Shown piece after piece: positions 7,743 through 14,651 of a DNA stretch of 17,889 nt. Source of the DNA: Pedosphaera sp. GTDB taxonomy: Bacteria; Verrucomicrobiota; Verrucomicrobiia; Limisphaerales; SIBH01. Made by a program: the position numbers and the translations under genes. The notes beneath the pieces were generated by a model. That model did no database searches, was not told where the DNA came from, and saw only the letters and a list, made by a program, of their open reading frames with translations. Within the stretch, counting starts at the first letter, position 1. Each line of letters begins with the position of its first letter. The DNA lies in contig JANOQV010000028.1 of NCBI GenBank assembly GCA_031414955.1, forward strand, positions 1-17,889, given 5' to 3'.

Positions 7743-10433
7743 ATGCCAACGCCTGAGGAAGAATCTTCCGACGACGATCTGCTGGCCCGCTTGGGACCAA
7801 AAGCCTTGCTGGCCCGCGGGCTGGAAGAGACCGCTTCGCCGCCGCCCTCTCCCACGCCTCCGCCCACTCCGGCTGGACCGGGCGCGAGCGCACGCGATCA
7901 GAATCTGGAGGCGGCGACGCTGGCGGAAATGTTCCCCGAGTTTCGCTTTGAAGGCGTCATCAGCCGGGGCGGCTTTGGCACCGTTTATCGCGCGGAACAT
8001 CGGCAGATGAAACGCCGCGTGGCGGTAAAAATTCTCTCCAGCGCCGTCACCCGCAACGTCTCCGCCGTGGCGCGATTCGAGCGGGAGATTGCCGCGATTG
8101 GCACGCTCGACCATCCAGGCATCGTGCGGGCCTTCGATGCCGGACAGCGCGGCGGCGTGTGGTTCCTCGCCATGGAACTGGTGGAGGGCGCGGACCTCAG
8201 CACTCTCTCCCGCGCCCTCGGGCCATTGCCGCCGGCGGAGGCGTGCGAGTTGATTCGCCAGGCGGCGCTCGCGATTCAGCACGCCCACGAACGCCATCTC
8301 ATCCACCGCGACGTCAAGCCCAGCAACATGATGCTCGCCACCGAGCCGGACGGCGCGGCGCGGGTGAAGGTGCTCGACTTCGGCCTCGCCCAACTGGGTC
8401 ACAACGAAAACACCGGCGGCGAACTGACTATTTCCGGCGAACTGCTCGGCACCGTGGACTACATCGCTCCCGAGCAAATCTCCAACCCGCGCACCGTCGA
8501 TGCGCGCGCCGACGTGTATGGCCTCGGCGCGACGCTCTACCGGCTGCTGGCCGGTCAGGCGCCGCACCAGACGACCGACGCGACCTCGTCGCTTTATGCC
8601 AAACTGATTCGCATCGCCCATGAGGCGTGCCCCGGCATCGCGACGCTTCGTCCGGACCTTGCGCCCGCGCTGGCTGCCGTGGTGGATCGCATGGTCGCGC
8701 GCGACCCCGACCAACGCTTCGCCACCGCCCGCGATGCGGCGGATGCCCTCGCGCCCTTCGCGGAGTTCAGCGCATTGCCGGCCTTGCTCGCCCGTGTGCC
8801 GCGCCTTGAGCTCCAGGAATCTCAGGAACACCTCGAACCGCTTCCCCGGCCACTCCGCCGAAAGAAGTTCATTCCTCTCGTCGTCTCCCTGTTTTCGCTG
8901 GCCGCGCTCGCCGTCGTGATCGCGGTGGCTCTCCTGAATGCGGAGAAATCTCAACCACCTCGGGCGAATGCGAATACGAACCTCCCGGCCCTCGGCGGCT
9001 TTGAACCGGGCCAGGTTCCCGGCGCCTGGCTACAGGCTGATCTCAAAGCCAGCCAACCCAAAGAGGGTGACCACTTCGGCCATTCGGTTGCCGTTTCCGG
9101 CGACACGGTGGTTGTCGGGGTTCCCGGAGTTGACACCAGCTCGACGGGCGTGAACAGCACGCCCGACGAGAACGCGGCCAACTCCGGCGCGGTTTACGTG
9201 TTCGTGCGCAGCGGTTCGATCTGGACGCAGCAGGCCTGTCTCAAAGCCAGCAACACCGCGGCGAATGATCAGTTCGGCATCTCGGTGGCCATCTCGGGCG
9301 ATACGGTGATCGTCGGGGCCGCCAAGGAGGACAGCAAAGCGGCGGGCGTGAACGGCAACCAGGCGGACAACAGCGCCTTCAATTCCGGCGCGGCCTACGT
9401 CTTCACCCGCAGCGGGACGAACTGGACGCAGCAGGCCTATCTCAAAGCCAGCAACACCGGGACGGATGATCAGTTCGGCTTTTCGGTGGCGGTCTCGGGC
9501 GACACGGTGGTTGTCGGCGCATACCTGGAGAACGCCGACAGGACGGGCGTGAACAGCACGCCCGGCGACTCCGGCGCGGCCTATGTCTTCACCCGCCGCG
9601 GTTCGACCTGGACGCAGCAGGCGTACCTCAAATCCAGCAACGCCGAGGGGGGTGACCTGTTCGGCTGGTCGGTGGCGGTGTCGGGTGACACGGTGGTCGT
9701 GGGGGCCAGTCTGGAGGACAGCAACGCCACCGGCGTGGACGGCGATCAGGCGGACAACAGCGCCAGTTATTCGGGCGCCGCCTATGTGTTCGTGCGGAGC
9801 GGTTCGACCTGGAGCCAGCAGGCCTACCTCAAAGCCAGCCACCCCGTGACCGTGGTCCATGACCAGTTCGGCCACTCGGTGGCCGTCTCGGGCGACACGG
9901 TGGTCGTGGGGGCGATGAATGAGGACAACTACGCGACGGGCGTGAACGGCAACCAGGCGAACCAGAACGGCGACAAAAACTACGGTGCGGCCTATGTCTT
10001 CGTGAGGAGCGGTTCGACCTGGAGCCAGCAAGCCTATCTCAAAGCCAGCAACCCCGGGGAGGGAGACCAGTTCGGCTACTCGGTGGCGCTATCGGGCGAC
10101 ACGGTGGTCGTTGGGGCTGTGAATGAGGCCAGCAAAGCCACCGGCGTGAACGGTGAACAGGCGGACGAAAGCGCCATCAAGTCCGGCGCGGCCTACCTGT
10201 TCGAGCGGCGCGGATCGACGTGGAGCCAGCGGGCGTATCTCAAAGCCAGCCACACCAGGAAGTATGACCGGTTCGGCCGGTGGGTGGCCGTTTCCGGTGA
10301 CACGGTGGTGGTCGGGGTGAGCAAGTTGCCCGGCACCACGGCGGGCGTGAACAGGGCGTCCGACGAAAGTGCTTCCATTCCCGGCGCGGCCTACATTTTC
10401 AAAGTAGGGGACCGCGCCGACGGCGAACGCTGA
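7743..10433 (+). CDS. Membrane Hanks-type Ser/Thr protein kinase with extracytoplasmic FG-GAP (integrin-alpha-like) beta-propeller, 896 aa
   Basis: SRGGFGTVY, VAVK, HRDVKPSN, DFGLA, GTVDYIAPE and DVYGLG; one TM helix FIPLVVSLFSLAALAVVIAVALL after RRKK; seven LKAS...DxFGxSVAxSGDTVVVG...GAAYVF repeats. Confidence 0.95.
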   Translation: MPTPEEESSDDDLLARLGPKALLARGLEETASPPPSPTPPPTPAGPGASARDQNLEAATLAEMFPEFRFEGVISRGGFGTVYRAEHRQMKRRVAVKILSSAVTRNVSAVARFEREIAAIGTLDHPGIVRAFDAGQRGGVWFLAMELVEGADLSTLSRALGPLPPAEACELIRQAALAIQHAHERHLIHRDVKPSNMMLATEPDGAARVKVLDFGLAQLGHNENTGGELTISGELLGTVDYIAPEQISNPRTVDARADVYGLGATLYRLLAGQAPHQTTDATSSLYAKLIRIAHEACPGIATLRPDLAPALAAVVDRMVARDPDQRFATARDAADALAPFAEFSALPALLARVPRLELQESQEHLEPLPRPLRRKKFIPLVVSLFSLAALAVVIAVALLNAEKSQPPRANANTNLPALGGFEPGQVPGAWLQADLKASQPKEGDHFGHSVAVSGDTVVVGVPGVDTSSTGVNSTPDENAANSGAVYVFVRSGSIWTQQACLKASNTAANDQFGISVAISGDTVIVGAAKEDSKAAGVNGNQADNSAFNSGAAYVFTRSGTNWTQQAYLKASNTGTDDQFGFSVAVSGDTVVVGAYLENADRTGVNSTPGDSGAAYVFTRRGSTWTQQAYLKSSNAEGGDLFGWSVAVSGDTVVVGASLEDSNATGVDGDQADNSASYSGAAYVFVRSGSTWSQQAYLKASHPVTVVHDQFGHSVAVSGDTVVVGAMNEDNYATGVNGNQANQNGDKNYGAAYVFVRSGSTWSQQAYLKASNPGEGDQFGYSVALSGDTVVVGAVNEASKATGVNGEQADESAIKSGAAYLFERRGSTWSQRAYLKASHTRKYDRFGRWVAVSGDTVVVGVSKLPGTTAGVNRASDESASIPGAAYIFKVGDRADGER
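9042..10400 (+). repeat. Seven intragenic FG-GAP repeats (186-210 bp)
   Basis: ctcaaa(g/t)cc anchors at 9042, 9240, 9441, 9627, 9828, 10038 and 10239; spacings 198, 201, 186, 201, 210 and 201 are all multiples of 3. Confidence 0.92.
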
Positions 10434-10437
10434 CCCT

Positions 10438-10780
10438 GACTTCAGCGCAAGTGAAGGATCGTCGGTCCCACTCAACGGCATCAAGCCGGTTTCGCCTCTG
10501 TTCCGCGCGCCCGATGGCAACTTTTACGGCACCACCGATGGCGGCGGCGCGAATAACATGGACACCGTGTACCGACTCACGACCCTCGTCGAGTTCGTCG
10601 ATCCCGGCAAAGCCATGGTACTCGCCCCCTGGGGAACTCCGATTCTGGCGGCCGACGGGAATCTCTACGGCATCACCCAGAAAGGCGGGGCGGGGCGTCA
10701 CATGATTCATCGAGTCACGCCCGAGGGCAAACTCACCACGCTGGTCGAGTTCACCGGCCCGATTGCCAAAAAGAAATCGG
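10438..10780 (+). pseudogene. Orphan 3' end of a TIGR03803 (Gloeobacter/Verrucomicrobia 'GloVer')-like repeat gene, copy A
   Basis: Reads [48 protein letters not shown]...AADGNLYGITQKGG...VTPEGKLTTLVEFTG with no convincing start. Relative to copy B it has 18-bp and 3-bp deletions, and TCG where B has the TAG stop. Confidence 0.78.
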
Positions 10781-10791
10781 CGCATACGCCC

Positions 10792-10832
10792 GCCCGGCAG
10801 TTTCTTTGTCGCGTCCAGGCCGGGTTTGCTGC
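10792..10832 (-). pseudogene. ubiD: Short remnant of a UbiD-family decarboxylase C-terminal motif (tail 1)
   Basis: Reads SKPGLDATKKLPG, resembling the UbiD GSKxGIDATKKxPG motif; 30/42 nt identical to the start of tail 2. Confidence 0.6.
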
Positions 10833-11348
10833 TCATGGTTTGGTTCGGCGGTTCGCTCGCGTGGTCTTCCGCTTCCTGACGGGCGGCTTGACCGCAGTGA
10901 TGGCGGCCAGGGTATCGCGCAAGACGGGAATGGTCAGTTTGTCCTTGGCGCGATTCGCGGCCACCTTGCTCGCAAGAATCCGTTCGAGGGAAAGCACCTT
11001 GAGCTTTTGCCGCCCGAGCGAAATTTCCACGCAGTTTCTAATTTCTTCTGCGAATGTCCCCAGGCCGTCCATGCGCAGGACGATGTCGAAGAGTTCCGCG
11101 CCCGCGCCCGCGAGCATCGGTGGATTGAAGTTACTGGGCGGGACATAGGCCGCGCCGACTTCCTGCAACGCACGGGAAATTTTCAGCTCACCCAGATTTT
11201 CAAACCAAAGGTCAACGTCCTGCGTGACCACCGGTGCGCCTTGCAAGGTGGCGGCGGAAAGCCCGACGATCATGAACCGCAATTTGCGCTTCAGCAAAAC
11301 TTGCAGCAGGCGCAGTTCACTTTCTGAAAATGGCAGTGGCGCGGCCAC
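10833..11348 (-). CDS. Pol-beta-superfamily nucleotidyltransferase (AbiEii/DUF6036-like), putative toxin, 171 aa
   Basis: FMIVGLSAATLQG..VTQDVDLW and C-terminal LERILASKVAANRAKD (K...R.KD signature). GTG start overlaps the 3' end of the upstream small gene. Confidence 0.8.
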   Translation of the reverse strand: MAAPLPFSESELRLLQVLLKRKLRFMIVGLSAATLQGAPVVTQDVDLWFENLGELKISRALQEVGAAYVPPSNFNPPMLAGAGAELFDIVLRMDGLGTFAEEIRNCVEISLGRQKLKVLSLERILASKVAANRAKDKLTIPVLRDTLAAITAVKPPVRKRKTTRANRRTKP

Positions 11349-11526
11349 GGATCAGGCTCCTTTGCAAGCGTTCCAACGGTGGTTGCTCCAGCAAAATCAA
11401 GGTGTGCCGGACGTTGTCGGGATCGGCGTGAGGATGGGCGGCGAGAACTTTTCTGACGCGCATGGTCAAACGCCGCGCCCAGCGCTGGGCTTGGGCAGCG
11501 TTGCTGATTTGAGCGCGTTGTTTCAT
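11317..11526 (-). CDS. Small basic protein, putative antitoxin/partner of the nucleotidyltransferase, 69 aa
   Basis: LILLEQPPLERLQR resembles the 'L.TPEERL' motif of small proteins found upstream of such NTases; overlaps the NTase start and follows a promoter-like sequence. Confidence 0.65.
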   Translation of the reverse strand: MKQRAQISNAAQAQRWARRLTMRVRKVLAAHPHADPDNVRHTLILLEQPPLERLQRSLIRGRATAIFRK

Positions 11527-11538
11527 GCAGGCAGCAGG

Positions 11539-11567
11539 AGGCTAAACGACACCGCAAAACTTGTCAC
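11539..11567 (-). promoter_or_regulatory. Putative sigma70 promoter GTGACA-17 nt-TAGCCT for module 1
   Basis: -35 at 11567-11562, -10 at 11544-11539, 12 nt before ATG 11526; no Shine-Dalgarno. Confidence 0.55.
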
Positions 11568-11576
11568 CGGCATTTC

Positions 11577-11694
11577 CGAACCGTGAGTTCATTTTCTTCC
11601 GCACGACCGCATCCATCTTGATGAGCGGCGGCCTGGGGCGTTTGAAACCTTCGCAGGGAAGTTTCTTCATCACGTCGATGCCGAGCTTGCGACC
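11577..11694 (-). pseudogene. ubiD: Degenerate 3' end of a UbiD-family decarboxylase (tail 2)
   Basis: Reads GRKLGIDVMKKLPCEGFKRPRPPLIKMDAVVRKKMNSRF versus the UbiD terminal pattern as I recall it (GSKxGIDATxKLPGEGFKRxWPPLIKMD). Conserved A, T, G and W are substituted, consistent with decay. Confidence 0.75.
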
Positions 11695-11704
11695 GGGCTT
11701 CATC

Positions 11705-12085
11705 TCAGGCGCGGGACAGGGCGTTCTCGCTGACGAAAAGGTTGCGCGCACGGAAGGCGGGCGGGCTTTCCAGCAGCAGCACGGCGCGCAGCGCGGCGAG
11801 CGGCGTGGCGAACCACGGGCGATGAAGCTGCCGGTTTTCTCCCACCGTCCAGCCGGGCTGCGGCAGGCCGAAGCGCCGGGCCAGTTCTTCGGCGGTGGCG
11901 GCCAGATAGGCATCCTGCACCTGGCCAAGATCGCCGAATTGCGGCGCGAGCAGCACGGGCGTGCCCATGAGCGCGGCGGCGCGGGGCGCGGCGTAAAATT
12001 CGTCGAGGAAGTTGGCGAGGCAGCGGTCAAAGGAATCGCCTTGCGCGGCAAGCACCGCGACTTCAGCGAGGGACTTGGGTCTCAT
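11705..12085 (-). CDS. Partner protein of the DUF6036-like nucleotidyltransferase (putative antitoxin, no HTH), 126 aa
   Basis: ATG 12085 overlaps the upstream stop (ATGA). Motifs DAYLAATAEELA, P.W, PWF and ESPPAFRARNLFV are typical of partners of this NTase type. Confidence 0.75.
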   Translation of the reverse strand: MRPKSLAEVAVLAAQGDSFDRCLANFLDEFYAAPRAAALMGTPVLLAPQFGDLGQVQDAYLAATAEELARRFGLPQPGWTVGENRQLHRPWFATPLAALRAVLLLESPPAFRARNLFVSENALSRA

Positions 12086-12648
12086 ATTTTCCCCTCCTCG
12101 AACAATCCTTCCACGAGATACTGCGTCTTCACCGGGATGCGGTTGGCCGGGTAATACAACCCGACCAAGTCGAGGACATCCCTGGCTGAGTTGAGTTGCA
12201 GGTGACGGATGAGGAACACGATGTCTGGCACATCGGACGATTCGCCGGTGGTGCCGCCGAGGCGCGCGGCCATGCATTTCATGGCCAGCAGATATTCGGG
12301 CACCGGCATGGTGAGACGGAGGTGCGGGAACTGCGGCAGGTTGCCCGGCGTCGTTTCGTGCCGGGCCGAGACAAAGCCCTTCACACCGTCATTGAGCCAG
12401 TCCTCCGGCAGTTGCTGTTCCGCAGCGATGAGGCGGGCCACTTCACGGATGGATTGAGAAGGTTGAAAAAGCGCATCGACGTCCTTCGTCGCGAGCCGGG
12501 CGGTGAACGCCAAAACCATGACCGTGCCGCCAAAGAGGCAAAGTTCGCCCGTGACGCCCCGCTTGCCGAGTTCATCCGCGAGGGAACCCAAGGCGCGAAG
12601 AATCATTTCGCGGGTCAAGGCGGAGCCGGTTGGTGGTGATGCACTCAT
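12082..12648 (-). CDS. DUF6036/AbiEii-like nucleotidyltransferase, putative toxin, 188 aa
   Basis: LCLFGGTVMVL, ATKDVDA, LPEDWLND, PEYLLAMKCMAAR and DVPDI. Confidence 0.85.
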   Translation of the reverse strand: MSASPPTGSALTREMILRALGSLADELGKRGVTGELCLFGGTVMVLAFTARLATKDVDALFQPSQSIREVARLIAAEQQLPEDWLNDGVKGFVSARHETTPGNLPQFPHLRLTMPVPEYLLAMKCMAARLGGTTGESSDVPDIVFLIRHLQLNSARDVLDLVGLYYPANRIPVKTQYLVEGLFEEGKI

Positions 12649-12661
12649 GCGACTGGCATCG

Positions 12662-12690
12662 ACGCTAGCGGGAACCCAAGAGCTTCTCCA
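12662..12690 (-). promoter_or_regulatory. Putative sigma70 promoter TGGAGA-17 nt-TAGCGT for module 2
   Basis: -35 at 12690-12685, -10 at 12667-12662, 13 nt before ATG 12648; no Shine-Dalgarno. Confidence 0.4.
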
Positions 12691-12715
12691 CCTTCATCTT
12701 CATCTCACCCGCTCT

Positions 12716-13212
12716 TTAATGAACTTCAACCACACGTTTTCCCAGCACATCCATCTTGGGCGTGATGCCGAGGCCCTGTGACTTCGAGGCGGCCATGCGG
12801 CCGTTCACGCGCTGCGGCGCGCCGGCGGCGGTGCTCACGGTGACGTAGCTTTTGAAGTCGGTGGTGCTGAAGAGGAACTCCGTGGGCGTGCTGTGCGCGA
12901 GATGCGCGATGGCGGCGGTGGCGATGTCGCCGCCCCAGGAATCTTCCAGCGTCATGCCGATGCTCATGCTCACGCAGAGGTCGCGGGCCTGTTTGATTTT
13001 CGTGAGACCGCCGAGCTTGCTGATCTTCAAATTTACCACGTCCATCGCTAGGTCGGACTTGGCACGGAGCAGGATGCCGAGGTCGTCGATGTTTTCATCG
13101 AGCACGAACGGGTGCGGAATCTGGCGGCGAACAGCAAGGCATTCCTCGTAGGTCAGCACGGCTGCTCGATGTAAACATCCACGTCGCGCACGGCCTTCGC
13201 GATGCGCACGGC
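12716..13212 (-). pseudogene. 5'-truncated, frameshifted mandelate racemase/muconate lactonizing enzyme family gene (hydroxyproline dehydratase/betaine epimerase-like)
   Basis: [19 protein letters not shown], then a 1-nt loss near 13155 (TGC TGA CC for TGC CTG ACC), then [49 protein letters not shown] to the stop at 12716. The N-terminal half is absent. Confidence 0.85.
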
Positions 13213-13533
13213 AGCAATCCGGCCTCCACGTTGTTCCGCGCGCCCGATGGCAACTTTTACGGCACCACCTTTCGCGGCGGTCCTTCCGACCAGGGCACCG
13301 TGTACCGACTCACGCCCGCCGGCCAGCTCACGACCCTCATCGAGTTCGTCGATCCCGGCAAAGCCATGGAACTCGCCCCTTGGGGAGCTCCGATTCTGGC
13401 GGCCGACGGGAATCTCTACGGCATCACCCAGAAAGGCGGGGCGGGTCGTCACGGCATGATTTATCGGGTCACGCCCGAGGGCAGGCTGACCACGCTGGTC
13501 GAGTTCACCGGCCCGGTGGGCAGGAAGAAGTAG
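13207..13533 (+). pseudogene. Orphan 3' end of a TIGR03803-like repeat gene, copy B
   Basis: [46 protein letters not shown]...DGNLYGITQKGG..GMIYRVTPEGRLTTLVEFTGPVGRKK*: two repeat units with an intact stop and no signal peptide or N-terminus. Confidence 0.8.
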
Positions 13534-13662
13534 GCGGAACCGCACCCCCGGCGGGCGGCGGACCGTGGTTCCCCCCGTGCTTCCAGCGTGAGTTCACCGG
13601 AAAGGGGTCGTGACAGACTTCGGCACCCTCATCCTCGATCAGTTCGTCGGGCCGGCGCTTTC

Positions 13663-14100
13663 TCAAACGGGGAAGAGGGAGAAGCCCAGCAGCTTCGCCG
13701 CATGGCGCAGAAGTTTGTCGGTGGCCACGATTTCAGTTTCGCCGGACGCGCGCGCGGAAGCCAGATGCAGGGCGTCGAAGGTGCGGATGGGCAGGGGCGG
13801 CGTGCGGCGATAGCAGGCGGCCATGAAGGCGTTGAACTCTGTTTCGACCCGCGAGTCCAACTCGACGATACGAATTTCACCGGCCGTAATGTCCTGGTCC
13901 ACCTGGGTGAGAACGGTTTCGGCAGTGCCGGCCGGGATGAGTCCTGCGCTCTCCTTGCGAAAGGCGACACGGCGCATCTCGTGGAGCGCCAGCCGGGCCG
14001 TGAGGATGACTGGCTCGCCGGCCGCCTTCTTCTCGAAATCGGCCGAGTCCGGTTCGGGAACGTAGAGTTTGCCCAACGCGGACGTGTCCCAGTAGCTCAT
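13663..14100 (-). CDS. vapC: VapC-family PIN-domain ribonuclease toxin, 145 aa
   Basis: MSYWDTSALGKLYVPEPDS, LHEM, IRTFDALHLASA and ATDKLL give the four acidic PIN residues; starts 4 nt after the antitoxin stop. Confidence 0.92.
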   Translation of the reverse strand: MSYWDTSALGKLYVPEPDSADFEKKAAGEPVILTARLALHEMRRVAFRKESAGLIPAGTAETVLTQVDQDITAGEIRIVELDSRVETEFNAFMAACYRRTPPLPIRTFDALHLASARASGETEIVATDKLLRHAAKLLGFSLFPV

Positions 14101-14104
14101 GCCG

Positions 14105-14353
14105 CTATTCGCCCCGGTCTTCGCCGAGGATTTGTTCGACGGTCGGGCCGGGCTTGCCGGTGGCGAGCCGCGCGCGGAGTGCCGCCAACCGGACCAGCCA
14201 CGCGCGGCGGTCGGTCGCCATTCGCGGCTGGGGGACTCCGGTGAGCCTGGCCACGGCCCGCCCTTCACAGGTGATGAGCACTTCCTCGCCGTGTTGCGCC
14301 ACGTCGATGAGCCGCAGCAGGTCGGATTGCGTTTGTTCCAGCGTTGCCGTCAC
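14105..14353 (-). CDS. vapB: Phd/YefM-family antitoxin, 82 aa
   Basis: LLRLIDVAQHGEEVLITCEGRAVARL Phd motif; directly upstream of the PIN toxin; GTG start. Confidence 0.9.
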   Translation of the reverse strand: MTATLEQTQSDLLRLIDVAQHGEEVLITCEGRAVARLTGVPQPRMATDRRAWLVRLAALRARLATGKPGPTVEQILGEDRGE

Positions 14354-14387
14354 GCCGTGATTTAATCACCGGCCGCAGTGAAGTCAA
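14354..14387 (-). promoter_or_regulatory. Putative leaderless promoter (TTGACT...TTAAAT) with overlapping operator palindrome GTGATT-T-AATCAC
   Basis: -35 at 14387-14382; AT-rich -10 region at 14365-14360, ending 7 nt before GTG 14353; inverted repeat 14357-14369. Confidence 0.6.
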
Positions 14388-14651
14388 TTGCGCGGACGTC
14401 GTTCTTCTTCACCGCGCACCGGAATGGGTCTCCGCCGCGATGACGTTTGGTCCTCCCACACCTCGTTCCCTTCGTCGCCGCAAAAAATAGTTTCACTTTC
14501 CGCGTCATATCTTTCCCGGAATGACGTTCTGCATGGTGAAAGCCCAGTTGTAATCACAAAGAATCACTGAATTCAGCGTTAAATCACTCGACTCACCCGG
14601 TGGAATCCGCCTCGCGTCGAGTCGCACAACAAACACAGAAGGAAAAACAGT

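Noticed and set aside
5201..10031. ORFs 5201-6697 (+), 7701-8954 (-) and 9030-10031 (-)
   Set aside because: Antisense to well-supported genes.
10558..11148. 196-aa plus-strand ORF as a real gene
   Set aside because: It is read-through from copy A, where TCG replaces the TAG stop, into the antisense strand of the NTase.
13150..13160. Programmed frameshift in the racemase fragment
   Set aside because: No slippery sequence, and the gene is already 5'-truncated; decay or a sequencing error is simpler.
10499..13533. DGR template/variable repeat pair
   Set aside because: Mismatches are not adenine-specific in either copy, there are in-frame deletions, and no reverse transcriptase is present in the window.
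13588..13613. Possible third TIGR03803 mini-remnant (gagttcaccgg, EFTGKGS*)
   Set aside because: Only an 11-nt match; cannot be separated from chance without the parent gene.
10780..14390. Integron cassette array or IS/composite transposon
   Set aside because: I found no recurring attC-type palindromes, terminal inverted repeats, integrase or transposase.
14385..14480. Possible further gene 3' remnant upstream of the Phd antitoxin (GDEGNEVWED...RPRN*)
   Set aside because: No recognisable homology; needs a tblastx search.
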